Below are positions 1 to 8,749 of a stretch of DNA of 64,000 nucleotides, piece after piece; position 1 is the first letter of the stretch; the number at the start of each line of letters is the position of its first letter. The notes beneath the pieces are model-generated. The model saw nothing but the letters and a program-made list of their open reading frames with translations. It had not been told where the DNA came from and did not search any database. The stretch spans positions 31,021 through 95,020 of IMG/VR virus record IMGVR_UViG_3300035703_000042, one strand, 5' to 3'. The stretch is from a virus. A program made the position numbers and the translations under genes.

Positions 1-14
1 CTGCGATAGCCAGC

Positions 15-458
15 ATGAAGAAAGAGGGCAAGAAAGCCAAATCCATGGTTTCTGAGAGCGAAGTGCAGCAGGCACAAGTGGTGCTGGCAGCGCAAGACAT
101 GGTAGACCGTGTGCAAAAGATGATGGAACAGATCAGCGAGATGCAGTTCAAAGATCTCCCAGCCCTGGCCGACAGCATCAAGAACGACATGGGTGTTGAG
201 CAGTCACAGCAGTTCCAAGCCGCAGCTTCAGCAGCTCTGGGCACACTGCTGACATCTGTGCAGGCTGGCAAGCAAGAACTTGAAGCTGCACAAGGTGTGC
301 TCACCGGTCAAGCTCCTGCTGTGCCAGGTATGGATCAACCTGTGGCCGAACCCGATGCAGAAGCCGGCGATGAGCTGGGCGCTGATCTAGAGCTAGATGC
401 CAATCTCGACGACGAAGAAGACGAAATCGCAGCCGATCTCGGACGCGAGCGTAGATAA
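15..458 (+). CDS. Acidic helical protein, probably 5'-truncated by the window edge (possible head/scaffold-type protein)
   Basis: Frame is open from the window start; D/E-rich C-terminus; stop overlaps the next ATG. Confidence 0.5.
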   Translation: MKKEGKKAKSMVSESEVQQAQVVLAAQDMVDRVQKMMEQISEMQFKDLPALADSIKNDMGVEQSQQFQAAASAALGTLLTSVQAGKQELEAAQGVLTGQAPAVPGMDQPVAEPDAEAGDELGADLELDANLDDEEDEIAADLGRERR

Positions 459-799
459 TGCGCATCAACGAGGTGGATTCAGCTGCTGCTGATTCACAGC
501 GATTGGCAGCCATGACACAGTTCTTGATCGGTCGCAGCGACGACACTGATGCCAAGAAAGTCATGAATCTCGATTCGTACCTGCAGCTGGCCCAGAACCA
601 AGGCATCAGTCTTACCAAACAGAGCTTGATCGATCTGAGTCAGCGTGCTCCGCTAAAGAATCTCATACAAAATGTCGAAGATGACATAGTCACGTTTCGT
701 GGTGACGAAGGCGACAAAGTCACTGACACCATGACCGTGGACCAGGCCAGGAAGAAGGTAGATTCCATGGCCAAGCGTGCTGCCAAGAAAGGTATGTAA
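458..799 (+). CDS. Hypothetical phage protein (MRINEV N-terminus, possibly virion-associated)
   Basis: 113-aa ORF coupled to the upstream gene (TAATG). Confidence 0.55.
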   Translation: MRINEVDSAAADSQRLAAMTQFLIGRSDDTDAKKVMNLDSYLQLAQNQGISLTKQSLIDLSQRAPLKNLIQNVEDDIVTFRGDEGDKVTDTMTVDQARKKVDSMAKRAAKKGM

Positions 800-801
800 A
801 T

Positions 802-918
802 ATGGAAACTTTGTTTTGGGTCGCTGTGGGTGCTTTTATCGGTTGGAACTTCCCCCAACCATTCTGGGCTAAAATCGTGCAGTCCAAAATCGTTGACCTT
901 TTCAATAAAAAAGTCTAA
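802..918 (+). CDS. Small membrane protein, 38 aa (METLFWVAVGAFIGWNFPQPFWAK...)
   Basis: Read directly; fills the gap between genes; hydrophobic N-terminus. Confidence 0.6.
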   Translation: METLFWVAVGAFIGWNFPQPFWAKIVQSKIVDLFNKKV

Positions 919-946
919 CATAGTTTTTTAAATCTAAGAATAAAAC

Positions 947-1849
947 ATGGCCGAACGAATACTACTCGATCGACTCGAGTTCTATATTACCAACGTCTGT
1001 AACCTTACCTGTAACGGTTGTAATCGTTACAACAATTACCATTTCAAGGGGTGGACGGCCTGGGACGAATGGGCCGAGGATCTTGAGCGTTGGTCAAAGT
1101 ACATCGACATCCGACATCCGGTGATCCTGGGCGGCGAACCCTTGATGAATCGTGATATCGTGAAATGGGTCAAAGGCTTGCGTCGACTATGGCCCGATCA
1201 TTCAGGAGTGCAGATCCAAAGCAATGGTACCAGGATCGATCGTGTGCGTGGTTTGTACGATGTGCTGGATCCCAAAGAAGGCAACTGGATCGGTATCAGC
1301 ATACACAACCCTGATGACAAAGAAGAGATTTTTTCGCGCATACGCAACTTCCTCACACATCCCATACGCGAGACTGCAGATAAAAATCATCCCATTGGCA
1401 GCGATTTCCAGTTCTACGATGCCAATAACATGTATGTGCATGCTTGGATGAGTAACAAGTTTGTACAGAGCAATATCATCGAGCGTGATGATGGTACGTT
1501 TACAGTATACAATCACGACAACCCCGAACGCGCACATGAGATCTGTACTTTCCGCAGATTCAAGAACTATCACTGGATCAACGGACGCATTTACAAGTGC
1601 GGACCTGCAGCTCTCATGCCCGAATTTGATCGCCAGCATCATTTTGACATATCCGAAGAGGATCGTGCTATCATGCACGGATATCGAGGACTGAGTGTGG
1701 ACGAGTTTGACGAGCGAGGGCACGACTTCCTTGCCCACATCGATGACATGATTCCGCAATGCAAATTTTGCCCCCAGGACTACGATTACAAACCCATTAC
1801 ATTTTCAGACCGCAAAAAGAGTTGGCGGATCAGCACAGAAATATTATAG
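947..1849 (+). CDS. Radical SAM protein
   Basis: CNLTCNGC motif, GGEPL, SNG, C-terminal Cys cluster. Confidence 0.9.
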   Translation: MAERILLDRLEFYITNVCNLTCNGCNRYNNYHFKGWTAWDEWAEDLERWSKYIDIRHPVILGGEPLMNRDIVKWVKGLRRLWPDHSGVQIQSNGTRIDRVRGLYDVLDPKEGNWIGISIHNPDDKEEIFSRIRNFLTHPIRETADKNHPIGSDFQFYDANNMYVHAWMSNKFVQSNIIERDDGTFTVYNHDNPERAHEICTFRRFKNYHWINGRIYKCGPAALMPEFDRQHHFDISEEDRAIMHGYRGLSVDEFDERGHDFLAHIDDMIPQCKFCPQDYDYKPITFSDRKKSWRISTEIL

Positions 1850-1888
1850 TTAAACTCGCATGCTGGAGCACCAAGCATAAGTACTTGT

Positions 1889-2491
1889 ATGAAAAACAAG
1901 TATGGAATCAAAAAACAGTGCCTACATTGCGGAGAAGAATTTATAACGAAACTTAGGCTAGTTGACTATTGTTCTCAGCCCTGTAAGAACCCTAACAACA
2001 GACCAGGTCATATTCCCTGGAACAAAGGTAAGACATTAACTCAAGAACAAAAAGCAAAACAAAATACAACAGGGTTAACAAAAGGTCGGGGATGGAACAA
2101 AGGACTCCCTAATGAACTTGCTCGAAAAAGATTTTTAGAGAATAATCCAAATAAAGACGGACGAGTTAACAATCTAAGACCTAAAAATTATATAGATGAT
2201 GAGTTTTCTGCTTATAAGAGAGAATGTCGTAAAGCCACTTATAGAAGTGTTTATCAGATGAAGAAGGAAGGACTGGTGCCTGAGAATACTGGTAAAAGAA
2301 AAAACCAGTACCAGTTAGATCACATAATTCCGTTTAGACAAGGTTATGAACTTGGGATAGATCCCCGACTCATTGGGAGCAGACAAAATCTGCGTTACAT
2401 CTTAGGCGAAGAAAATAGATCGAAGTGGGATCGTTTTCAGCCCGACGATGTTTTAAAATCAGTTATAGGAGACAATCATGGCTTACAGTAA
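1889..2491 (+). mobile_element. Free-standing HNH homing endonuclease
   Basis: N-terminal CxxC...CSxxC, repeated PWNKG/GWNKG DNA-binding motifs, C-terminal LDHIIP...NL...N; AT-richer than flanks; overlaps the iscU start. Confidence 0.8.
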
Positions 2492-2874
2492 GGCCGTTAT
2501 TGATCATTATGAGAACCCGCGTAATGTGGGTTCGTTTGACAAAGGAGATACGCACGTTGGGACCGGTATGGTTGGCGCCCCAGCGTGCGGATGACGGAGA
2601 CGTCATGAAACTACAGATCAAGGTCAATGAAGATGGCATCATCGAAGACGCGAGGTTTAAAACTTACGGCTGCGGATCAGCCATTGCCTCCAGCAGTCTT
2701 GTCACCGAGTGGGTCAAAGGCAAGACACTCGACGAGGCAGCAACTATCAAGAACACAGCGATCGCCCAAGAGCTCGCTCTTCCGCCTGTTAAAATCCATT
2801 GCTCAATACTGGCTGAAGATGCCATCAAAGCAGCCATAGAAGACTACAGGAACAAACATGGCCACGCCAATTGA
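2478..2874 (+). CDS. iscU: Fe-S scaffold IscU, split by a 7-nt insert at 2592-2598 (needs a bypass/frameshift, otherwise a pseudogene)
   Basis: SD AGGAGA then MAYSKAVIDHYENPRNVG...GAPACG followed by TGA; the +1 frame continues GDVMKLQIKV...FKTYGCGSAIASSS...LPPVKIHCSILAEDA. Confidence 0.93.
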
Positions 2875-3073
2875 AACAGTGATATTGTGGGCATTGATCA
2901 TCAGCGGTGAACCGCGTGTGCAAGAAGTCTATCGCACCGAAGAGCCGTGTGTGCGTGCTGCGAGATCGCATCGTGCTCAAGGAACTTTCGCTTACTGCAT
3001 GCCCACTAATCAGTTCACGGTTGAAACTAGCACGCATCAACTTCGCAGCCTGGGAGTATTGTTGAATGATTGA
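2858..3073 (+). CDS. Hypothetical protein
   Basis: 71-aa ORF between iscU and iscA with overlapping ends. Confidence 0.5.
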   Translation: MATPIETVILWALIISGEPRVQEVYRTEEPCVRAARSHRAQGTFAYCMPTNQFTVETSTHQLRSLGVLLND

Positions 3074-3395
3074 GATCACCGACACAGCCGCAGAGCGAGT
3101 ACAGCAGGCCATCCAACGACGTGGTCGAGGCGTAGGTATCAAGATTGGCGTAAGAACCACCGGGTGTTCGGGACTGGCCTATACCTTGGAATTTGTTGAT
3201 ACGGCACCAGACACTCAACAAGGCATAGAACACTACGACATCAAAGGTGTTGGCGTTTTTGTCAACACCGAGCACTGTGTGTATTTGCAAGGCATGACCA
3301 TCGACTATCAGCGCCGGGGTCTCAACGAAGGCTTCGAATTCATTAACCCCAACGAAAAAGACCGCTGCGGTTGCGGCGAAAGTTTCCGAGTTTGA
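3066..3395 (+). CDS. iscA: A-type Fe-S carrier IscA/HesB
   Basis: TTGCSGLAY and C-terminal CGCGESF motifs. Confidence 0.92.
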   Translation: MIEITDTAAERVQQAIQRRGRGVGIKIGVRTTGCSGLAYTLEFVDTAPDTQQGIEHYDIKGVGVFVNTEHCVYLQGMTIDYQRRGLNEGFEFINPNEKDRCGCGESFRV

Positions 3396-4108
3396 TAAAT
3401 CAACGTTTCGATTATGCCCCGCTGTCACGCGAAACTGTGAACGGCCGTAGGCTTTATGCCGCCCCCAATGGTGATCGTCTTCCGTCAGTGACTACCATCC
3501 TTGATGCTACCAAGCCCGCAGAAAAGCGAGCAGCATTGCAGGCCTGGCGTGATCGAGTGGGTCATGAACAAGCACAGCAGATCACCACCGAAGCAGCAAA
3601 TCGTGGCACCCGGATGCACACCTATCTCGAGCACTATGTGCGCAGCGGCGAGCTCAAGGAGCGTGGTAGCAATCCATTTTCCTGGCCCAGTCATGCCATG
3701 GCAGCCACAGTGATCGATCAAGGTCTGGGCCAGGTTGATGAATTCTGGGGAGTGGAAGTTCCCTTGTATTTCCCCGGCATCTATGCCGGTACCACCGACT
3801 GTGTGGGCATACATCAAGGTCAGGCTTCCATTATGGACTTCAAGCAAACCAACCGACCCAAGCGAGAAGAGTGGATCGATGACTACAAACTACAGCTCTG
3901 CGCCTATGCTGAAGCACACAACGAAGTGTACGGAACATGCATCCAAAAAGGTGTGGTCTTGATGTGTGTAAAGCCCACAGTCGATCCAGAAACACAGACT
4001 GTGACTACACCGCCGCAGTATCAGGAATTCGTGATCGAGGGTCAAGAATTTGAACATTGGCGAGATCAATGGTGGCGTAGGGTCGAACAGTACTATCTAA
4101 CCTGCTAA
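3392..4108 (+). CDS. PD-(D/E)xK family exonuclease
   Basis: LPSVTTIL, GTRMH, E..L, AGTTD, IMDFK, QLCAY motifs; probable TTG start overlapping the iscA stop. Confidence 0.8.
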   Translation: MINQRFDYAPLSRETVNGRRLYAAPNGDRLPSVTTILDATKPAEKRAALQAWRDRVGHEQAQQITTEAANRGTRMHTYLEHYVRSGELKERGSNPFSWPSHAMAATVIDQGLGQVDEFWGVEVPLYFPGIYAGTTDCVGIHQGQASIMDFKQTNRPKREEWIDDYKLQLCAYAEAHNEVYGTCIQKGVVLMCVKPTVDPETQTVTTPPQYQEFVIEGQEFEHWRDQWWRRVEQYYLTC

Positions 4109-4135
4109 ATACAGGATCAAGCAAGGATCCCAAAA

Positions 4136-6010
4136 GTGGCTATAGTACAAGTATCTCGTATCACCAATCGCAAAGGTCTCACTGAGAACCTGCCGCAGCT
4201 GGCCGGAGCCGAATTGGGCTGGTGTGTGGACAGCCGTAGACTGTTTATCGGCAACGGTACCCTGCAAGAAGGTGCACCGGTGATCGGTAACACAGAGATA
4301 TTGACCGAGTTCTCCAATATCACTGCTCTCAGCAACTACACCTACGAAGATATCGCAGTGGGATACGCTGCACAGACTGGTCCTAATCCCAGCGACCCGG
4401 TGGTGCGCACTGTGCAGGCCAAGCTGGACGATTTCGCATCAGTGAGAGATTTTGGTGCCACCGGCGATGGTATCACCGATGACACAGCAGCTATCAATCG
4501 TGCTCTTTATCAGCTCTACTGTCGCGAGACCAACAGCCAGATACGTCGTTCTCTTTATTTCCCGGCAGGTACTTATCGAATAACAGGAACGATTGTTATT
4601 CCCACATGGGCCAAACTGGTGGGCGAGGGTGCCGATTGTACCATTATGTTATTTCAATTGGCTCCCTCTTGGCAATATTTAGAGTTACCCGATTTGTCGT
4701 TGGTAGGAGCTATTCCTTATACAGCAGGAGCGATTGTAACCGATTCGGGATCCTATTATGAAGCGATAACTAATGTGCCTGAAGGAATCGAAATAACCAA
4801 TACTTCCTTTTGGCAAGAGATTATATCAACCTGGACTAGTACGCAGACCTGGGCAAAAGGATCAATCGTTGTTAATTCAGGTATCTATTACGAAGCACAA
4901 CAACCAGTTCCAGCGGGCATTTCAATCTCTAATTCTACATATTGGTCCGTAACATCATTTTACAGTGCTCGCTTTGGAGACAGCCTGCAGCAAATTGGTG
5001 TCAACATTGGTACCAATGGAGCCACACCGCCTAGGAACATTGAAATATCATCGATGACGTTCCAAAACAACGCTGAAACAGATGTGTTCCTGGTCGAGGA
5101 TGCCACTCAGTGCTGGTTCTCCAGCGTGAACTTTGTCGGACCACTCACAGACCAAGACATCATCGTGGGTCTGGCAGTGGATGACATTGCTGGTGTGAGA
5201 TTCTCGGGCAGTTCAAATCAACTCACATTCGACAAGTGCAGATTCTCCGGTCTCACCTATGGCATCAACACCAATGCAGAGATACAAGATGTCACGGTCA
5301 GCAACAGCAAGTTCAGTGTGCTTTATCAGGGCCTGGTGTTGGGCACCGGAACACTGGAAGGGGTGGGACCCACTGGTGTTCGTGCGGTATTCAACATGTT
5401 TGATGATGTCTATGCCGAAGGTGTGATCTACGGGGCAGTGAGCCTGAATGCTACAGCACACAATGTTTTCTATGATGTGGGCAACAACTTTACCAACAGT
5501 CCAGCCACTCCCATCGTTAGATTCGACGACGACAACAATGTTTCTTTCAGCGACATGTTTGAAAGAGACAACACCGATGCCGTGACACAGCCACGAGTGG
5601 CAGTCATAGGCGGATCCAACTCCACAGCCACAGTGATGCAGCTGGGTCGCTATGCTCGCCGCAGCGGACTCAGCACAGCATTGCCGGCCAATGCCACCAC
5701 TACTTTTTTGCAAGTAAACCGCGATGATGTCAAAGCATTTCGTGTGGATTACACCATGGTCGATGGCGAATTCATCCGGACTGGTACAATGACCATCACT
5801 GCCAAAGGCGGAAGTGGTGCAGACACTGGCTTAGCATACTCGGACGACTATACTGAAAATTCTACGTCTCCTGCGACCTCTCCTGTTGCCAGGTCGGTCA
5901 TGTCAGCAGCGATGGCCACTGTGGGTGCAGACACTGTAGTATCGGTGCGCTGCGCTACACCCGGTGGATCGGCTATCACACTTTCCTACTCAGTCGAACA
6001 TCTCGCTTGA
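4136..6010 (+). CDS. Virion tail/fibre-type protein with a pectate-lyase-3-like beta-helix start and two CBM5/12-like repeats
   Basis: LPQLAGAELGW N-terminal motif; SVRDFGATGDGITDDTAAI..A...LYFPAGTYRI; YTAGAIV..YYEA and WAKGSIV..YYEA repeats. Confidence 0.7.
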   Translation: MAIVQVSRITNRKGLTENLPQLAGAELGWCVDSRRLFIGNGTLQEGAPVIGNTEILTEFSNITALSNYTYEDIAVGYAAQTGPNPSDPVVRTVQAKLDDFASVRDFGATGDGITDDTAAINRALYQLYCRETNSQIRRSLYFPAGTYRITGTIVIPTWAKLVGEGADCTIMLFQLAPSWQYLELPDLSLVGAIPYTAGAIVTDSGSYYEAITNVPEGIEITNTSFWQEIISTWTSTQTWAKGSIVVNSGIYYEAQQPVPAGISISNSTYWSVTSFYSARFGDSLQQIGVNIGTNGATPPRNIEISSMTFQNNAETDVFLVEDATQCWFSSVNFVGPLTDQDIIVGLAVDDIAGVRFSGSSNQLTFDKCRFSGLTYGINTNAEIQDVTVSNSKFSVLYQGLVLGTGTLEGVGPTGVRAVFNMFDDVYAEGVIYGAVSLNATAHNVFYDVGNNFTNSPATPIVRFDDDNNVSFSDMFERDNTDAVTQPRVAVIGGSNSTATVMQLGRYARRSGLSTALPANATTTFLQVNRDDVKAFRVDYTMVDGEFIRTGTMTITAKGGSGADTGLAYSDDYTENSTSPATSPVARSVMSAAMATVGADTVVSVRCATPGGSAITLSYSVEHLA

Positions 6011-6435
6011 CTTGGTCCTCAAAATTCGAAACTCGTCTCTTGGATTGGAATCATCTCAGAGATCAGTGTCGTGAATCAGATCAAGCCGATATCTTCCTAG
6101 AAATCAACGACTGGTGGTTTGAGTGCCCGTGGCGTCCGTATTATCTCCACTGGGACGATCTGCCAACATGGCCCGATCCCTGGGATCTTTTGGCCGACAA
6201 TGTTTACTGCGATCTTGCTCGGGCACTGGGAATCGTGTATACTTTAATGTTACTTGAACGTGACCAAGTCATGACTGTGGAGATAGCCGAAACCGATCAA
6301 GGCAATTTAGTCCTGGTCGATGGAGGAAAATATATATTGAATTGGTCCCGGGGCGAGGTCTTAAATATCACTTCAACACCAATCAACATCAAGCGAATCA
6401 TTGATAGCAGTCGATTAAAAAACAAACTAGGTTGA
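6007..6435 (+). CDS. Hypothetical phage protein
   Basis: 142-aa ORF, WPDPWDLL motif, coupled to the upstream gene. Confidence 0.6.
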   Translation: MTWSSKFETRLLDWNHLRDQCRESDQADIFLEINDWWFECPWRPYYLHWDDLPTWPDPWDLLADNVYCDLARALGIVYTLMLLERDQVMTVEIAETDQGNLVLVDGGKYILNWSRGEVLNITSTPINIKRIIDSSRLKNKLG

Positions 6436-6438
6436 ACC

Positions 6439-8736
6439 ATGACACAAATTCAAGTTTTGAAACGCGATGGAAATCGCGAACCGCTGGACATCGAGAAGCT
6501 GCATCGCGTAGTTTTCTGGGCCACAGAAGGTATCACCGGTGTCAGCGCCAGCGAAGTAGAAATCAAAAGCCACATACAATTCTATCCCGGTATCAAGACC
6601 GCGGACATACAAGAAACTCTGATCAAAAGTGCTGCAGATCTCATCACTGAAGAAACACCCAATTACCAATATGTGGCAGGTCGATTGATCTGCTATCACT
6701 TGCGTAAACAAGTCTACAGTAGATTCGAACCCTGTCACATACGCGAGCTGGTAGAGAAAAATGTCCAGCGTGGATTCTATGATGCCGGGCTACTTGACGC
6801 TTACAACAGCGAAGAATGGGATCGCATCAATGGATTCATCCGTCATGACCGTGATGAACAACTGACCTATGCAGCCATGGAACAGTTCCGCAGCAAGTAT
6901 CTGGTGCAGAATCGTGTCACCAAAGAAATCTTTGAAACACCGCAGATGGCCTATGCGTTGATCGCTGCCACCTTGTTTTCTGCCTATCCCCGGGAAACAA
7001 GGATGACCTGGGTGAGAGATTATTATGATGCCATCTCCACGCATCAGGTCAGCTTGCCCACACCTGTGATGGCAGGAGTTCGCACACCTCAACGCCAATT
7101 CTCATCGTGTGTGCTGATCGAGACCGACGACAGCCTTGACTCGATCAATGCAACAACATCCAGCATCGTCAAGTATGTGAGCCAGAAAGCTGGTATCGGC
7201 ATCGGCGCCAGTCGTATCCGTGCGCTGGGGTCTCCGATCCGCAGTGGTGATGCCTATCACACCGGTGTGATCCCTTTCTATAAACTGTTCCAGTCGGCCA
7301 CACGAAGCTGCAGCCAAGGCGGTGTCAGGAACGGTGCTGCTACCTTGTACTATCCCATCTGGCATCTCGAAGTAGAAGATCTCTTGGTGTTGAAAAACAA
7401 CAAAGGCACCGAAGATAATCGTGTGCGGCACATGGACTACGGTGTGCAATTTAATAAAGTCATGTACGAGCGTTTGTTGGCCAACGGAGACATCACCCTG
7501 TTCTCGCCCAACGATGTGCCCGAGATGTTTGATGCGTTTTACACCGACGTGGATCGTTTCCGCGAGCTCTATGAGCGAGCTGAACGCAATACCAAGCTGA
7601 GAAAAAAGACCATCAAGGCTGTGGATCTGTTCACTAAATTCATGCAAGAGCGCAAGGATACCGGGCGCATCTATCTCATGAACGTGGACCATGCTAACAC
7701 ACATGGTAGTTTCCGTCCAGAAGTGGCGCCTATCCGGCAAAGCAATCTCTGTTGCGAGATCACGCTCCCCACACGTCCACTCAATGATATCAACGACGCT
7801 GATGGCGAAATCGCCCTTTGCACACTTTCTGCCATCAACTGGGGTGCGTTCCGTGAACCCGCAGACATGGAACGAGCCTGCACCTTGGCCGTGCGCGGCC
7901 TTGATGCCTTGTTGAGTTATCAAGATTATCCCATCCTGGCCGCCGAATTGGCCACACAAGGACGTCGTCCCTTGGGTGTGGGCATCATCAATTTGGCCTA
8001 CTGGATGGCCAAGAACGACATGAGCTACAGTGAACCCAATCTCGAATTGATCGATCGCTGGGCCCAGCACTGGAGCTACTATCTCATACGCGCATCAGCT
8101 GATCTAGCCCAGGAACAAGGTGCTTGCCCGCTCAGCGACCAAACAAGATATCACACAGGCGTGCTGCCCGTGGATACGTACAAACGCGAAGTGGATGAGT
8201 TGGTGGCGCACCAGGATCATGTGGACTGGGCTGGACTACGAGCACAACTCCGTGAAACCGGAATCCGCAATTCTACCTTGATGGCCTTGATGCCGGCGGA
8301 AACATCGGCCCAGATCTCCAATGCCACCAATGGAGTAGAACCTCCCCGGAGCTATGTTTCAGTCAAACAAAGCAAGGATGGTGTGTTGCGCCAGGTAGTG
8401 CCCGAGTATCGTCGTCTCAAGAACAAGTACGAGCTATTGTGGAACCAGAAGAGTCCTGAAGGCTATCTCAAGATCATGGCTGTGCTGCAGAAATACATTG
8501 ACCAAGGTATCTCTGTGAACACCAGCTACAATCCACAACACTACGAAGATGAAAAAGTGCCCATGAGCGACATGCTCAAGCACCTCATCATGTTTTACAA
8601 ATACGGCGGCAAGCAGCTCTATTATTTCAACACCTATGACGGATCCGGTGAAATCGACATTGACAAGCTGTCCGCACCCAGTGTAGAATCACAGCAGGAG
8701 TCAGACGACGCTGACTGCGATAGCTGCAAAATTTAA
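6439..8736 (+). CDS. nrdA: Ribonucleotide reductase class Ia alpha subunit
   Basis: ATP-cone start VLKRDG, FSSCVL, SNLCCE, C-terminal CDSCKI. Confidence 0.97.
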   Translation: MTQIQVLKRDGNREPLDIEKLHRVVFWATEGITGVSASEVEIKSHIQFYPGIKTADIQETLIKSAADLITEETPNYQYVAGRLICYHLRKQVYSRFEPCHIRELVEKNVQRGFYDAGLLDAYNSEEWDRINGFIRHDRDEQLTYAAMEQFRSKYLVQNRVTKEIFETPQMAYALIAATLFSAYPRETRMTWVRDYYDAISTHQVSLPTPVMAGVRTPQRQFSSCVLIETDDSLDSINATTSSIVKYVSQKAGIGIGASRIRALGSPIRSGDAYHTGVIPFYKLFQSATRSCSQGGVRNGAATLYYPIWHLEVEDLLVLKNNKGTEDNRVRHMDYGVQFNKVMYERLLANGDITLFSPNDVPEMFDAFYTDVDRFRELYERAERNTKLRKKTIKAVDLFTKFMQERKDTGRIYLMNVDHANTHGSFRPEVAPIRQSNLCCEITLPTRPLNDINDADGEIALCTLSAINWGAFREPADMERACTLAVRGLDALLSYQDYPILAAELATQGRRPLGVGIINLAYWMAKNDMSYSEPNLELIDRWAQHWSYYLIRASADLAQEQGACPLSDQTRYHTGVLPVDTYKREVDELVAHQDHVDWAGLRAQLRETGIRNSTLMALMPAETSAQISNATNGVEPPRSYVSVKQSKDGVLRQVVPEYRRLKNKYELLWNQKSPEGYLKIMAVLQKYIDQGISVNTSYNPQHYEDEKVPMSDMLKHLIMFYKYGGKQLYYFNTYDGSGEIDIDKLSAPSVESQQESDDADCDSCKI

Positions 8737-8749
8737 CGAGAGATCTCAC

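Noticed and set aside
2592-2594. TGA as selenocysteine or stop-codon reassignment
   Set aside because: Readthrough alone does not restore the frame, Cys37 is already TGC, and TGA ends many other genes normally here.
2425-2874. ORF-track protein MGSFSARR... as the real IscU N-terminus
   Set aside because: Its first 57 residues are not IscU-like. The true N-terminus with SD and Cys37 is in another frame from 2478.
3392-4108. Cas4 as part of a CRISPR system
   Set aside because: It lacks the four-Cys Fe-S motif, and no array or other cas genes are present. It fits a stand-alone phage exonuclease.
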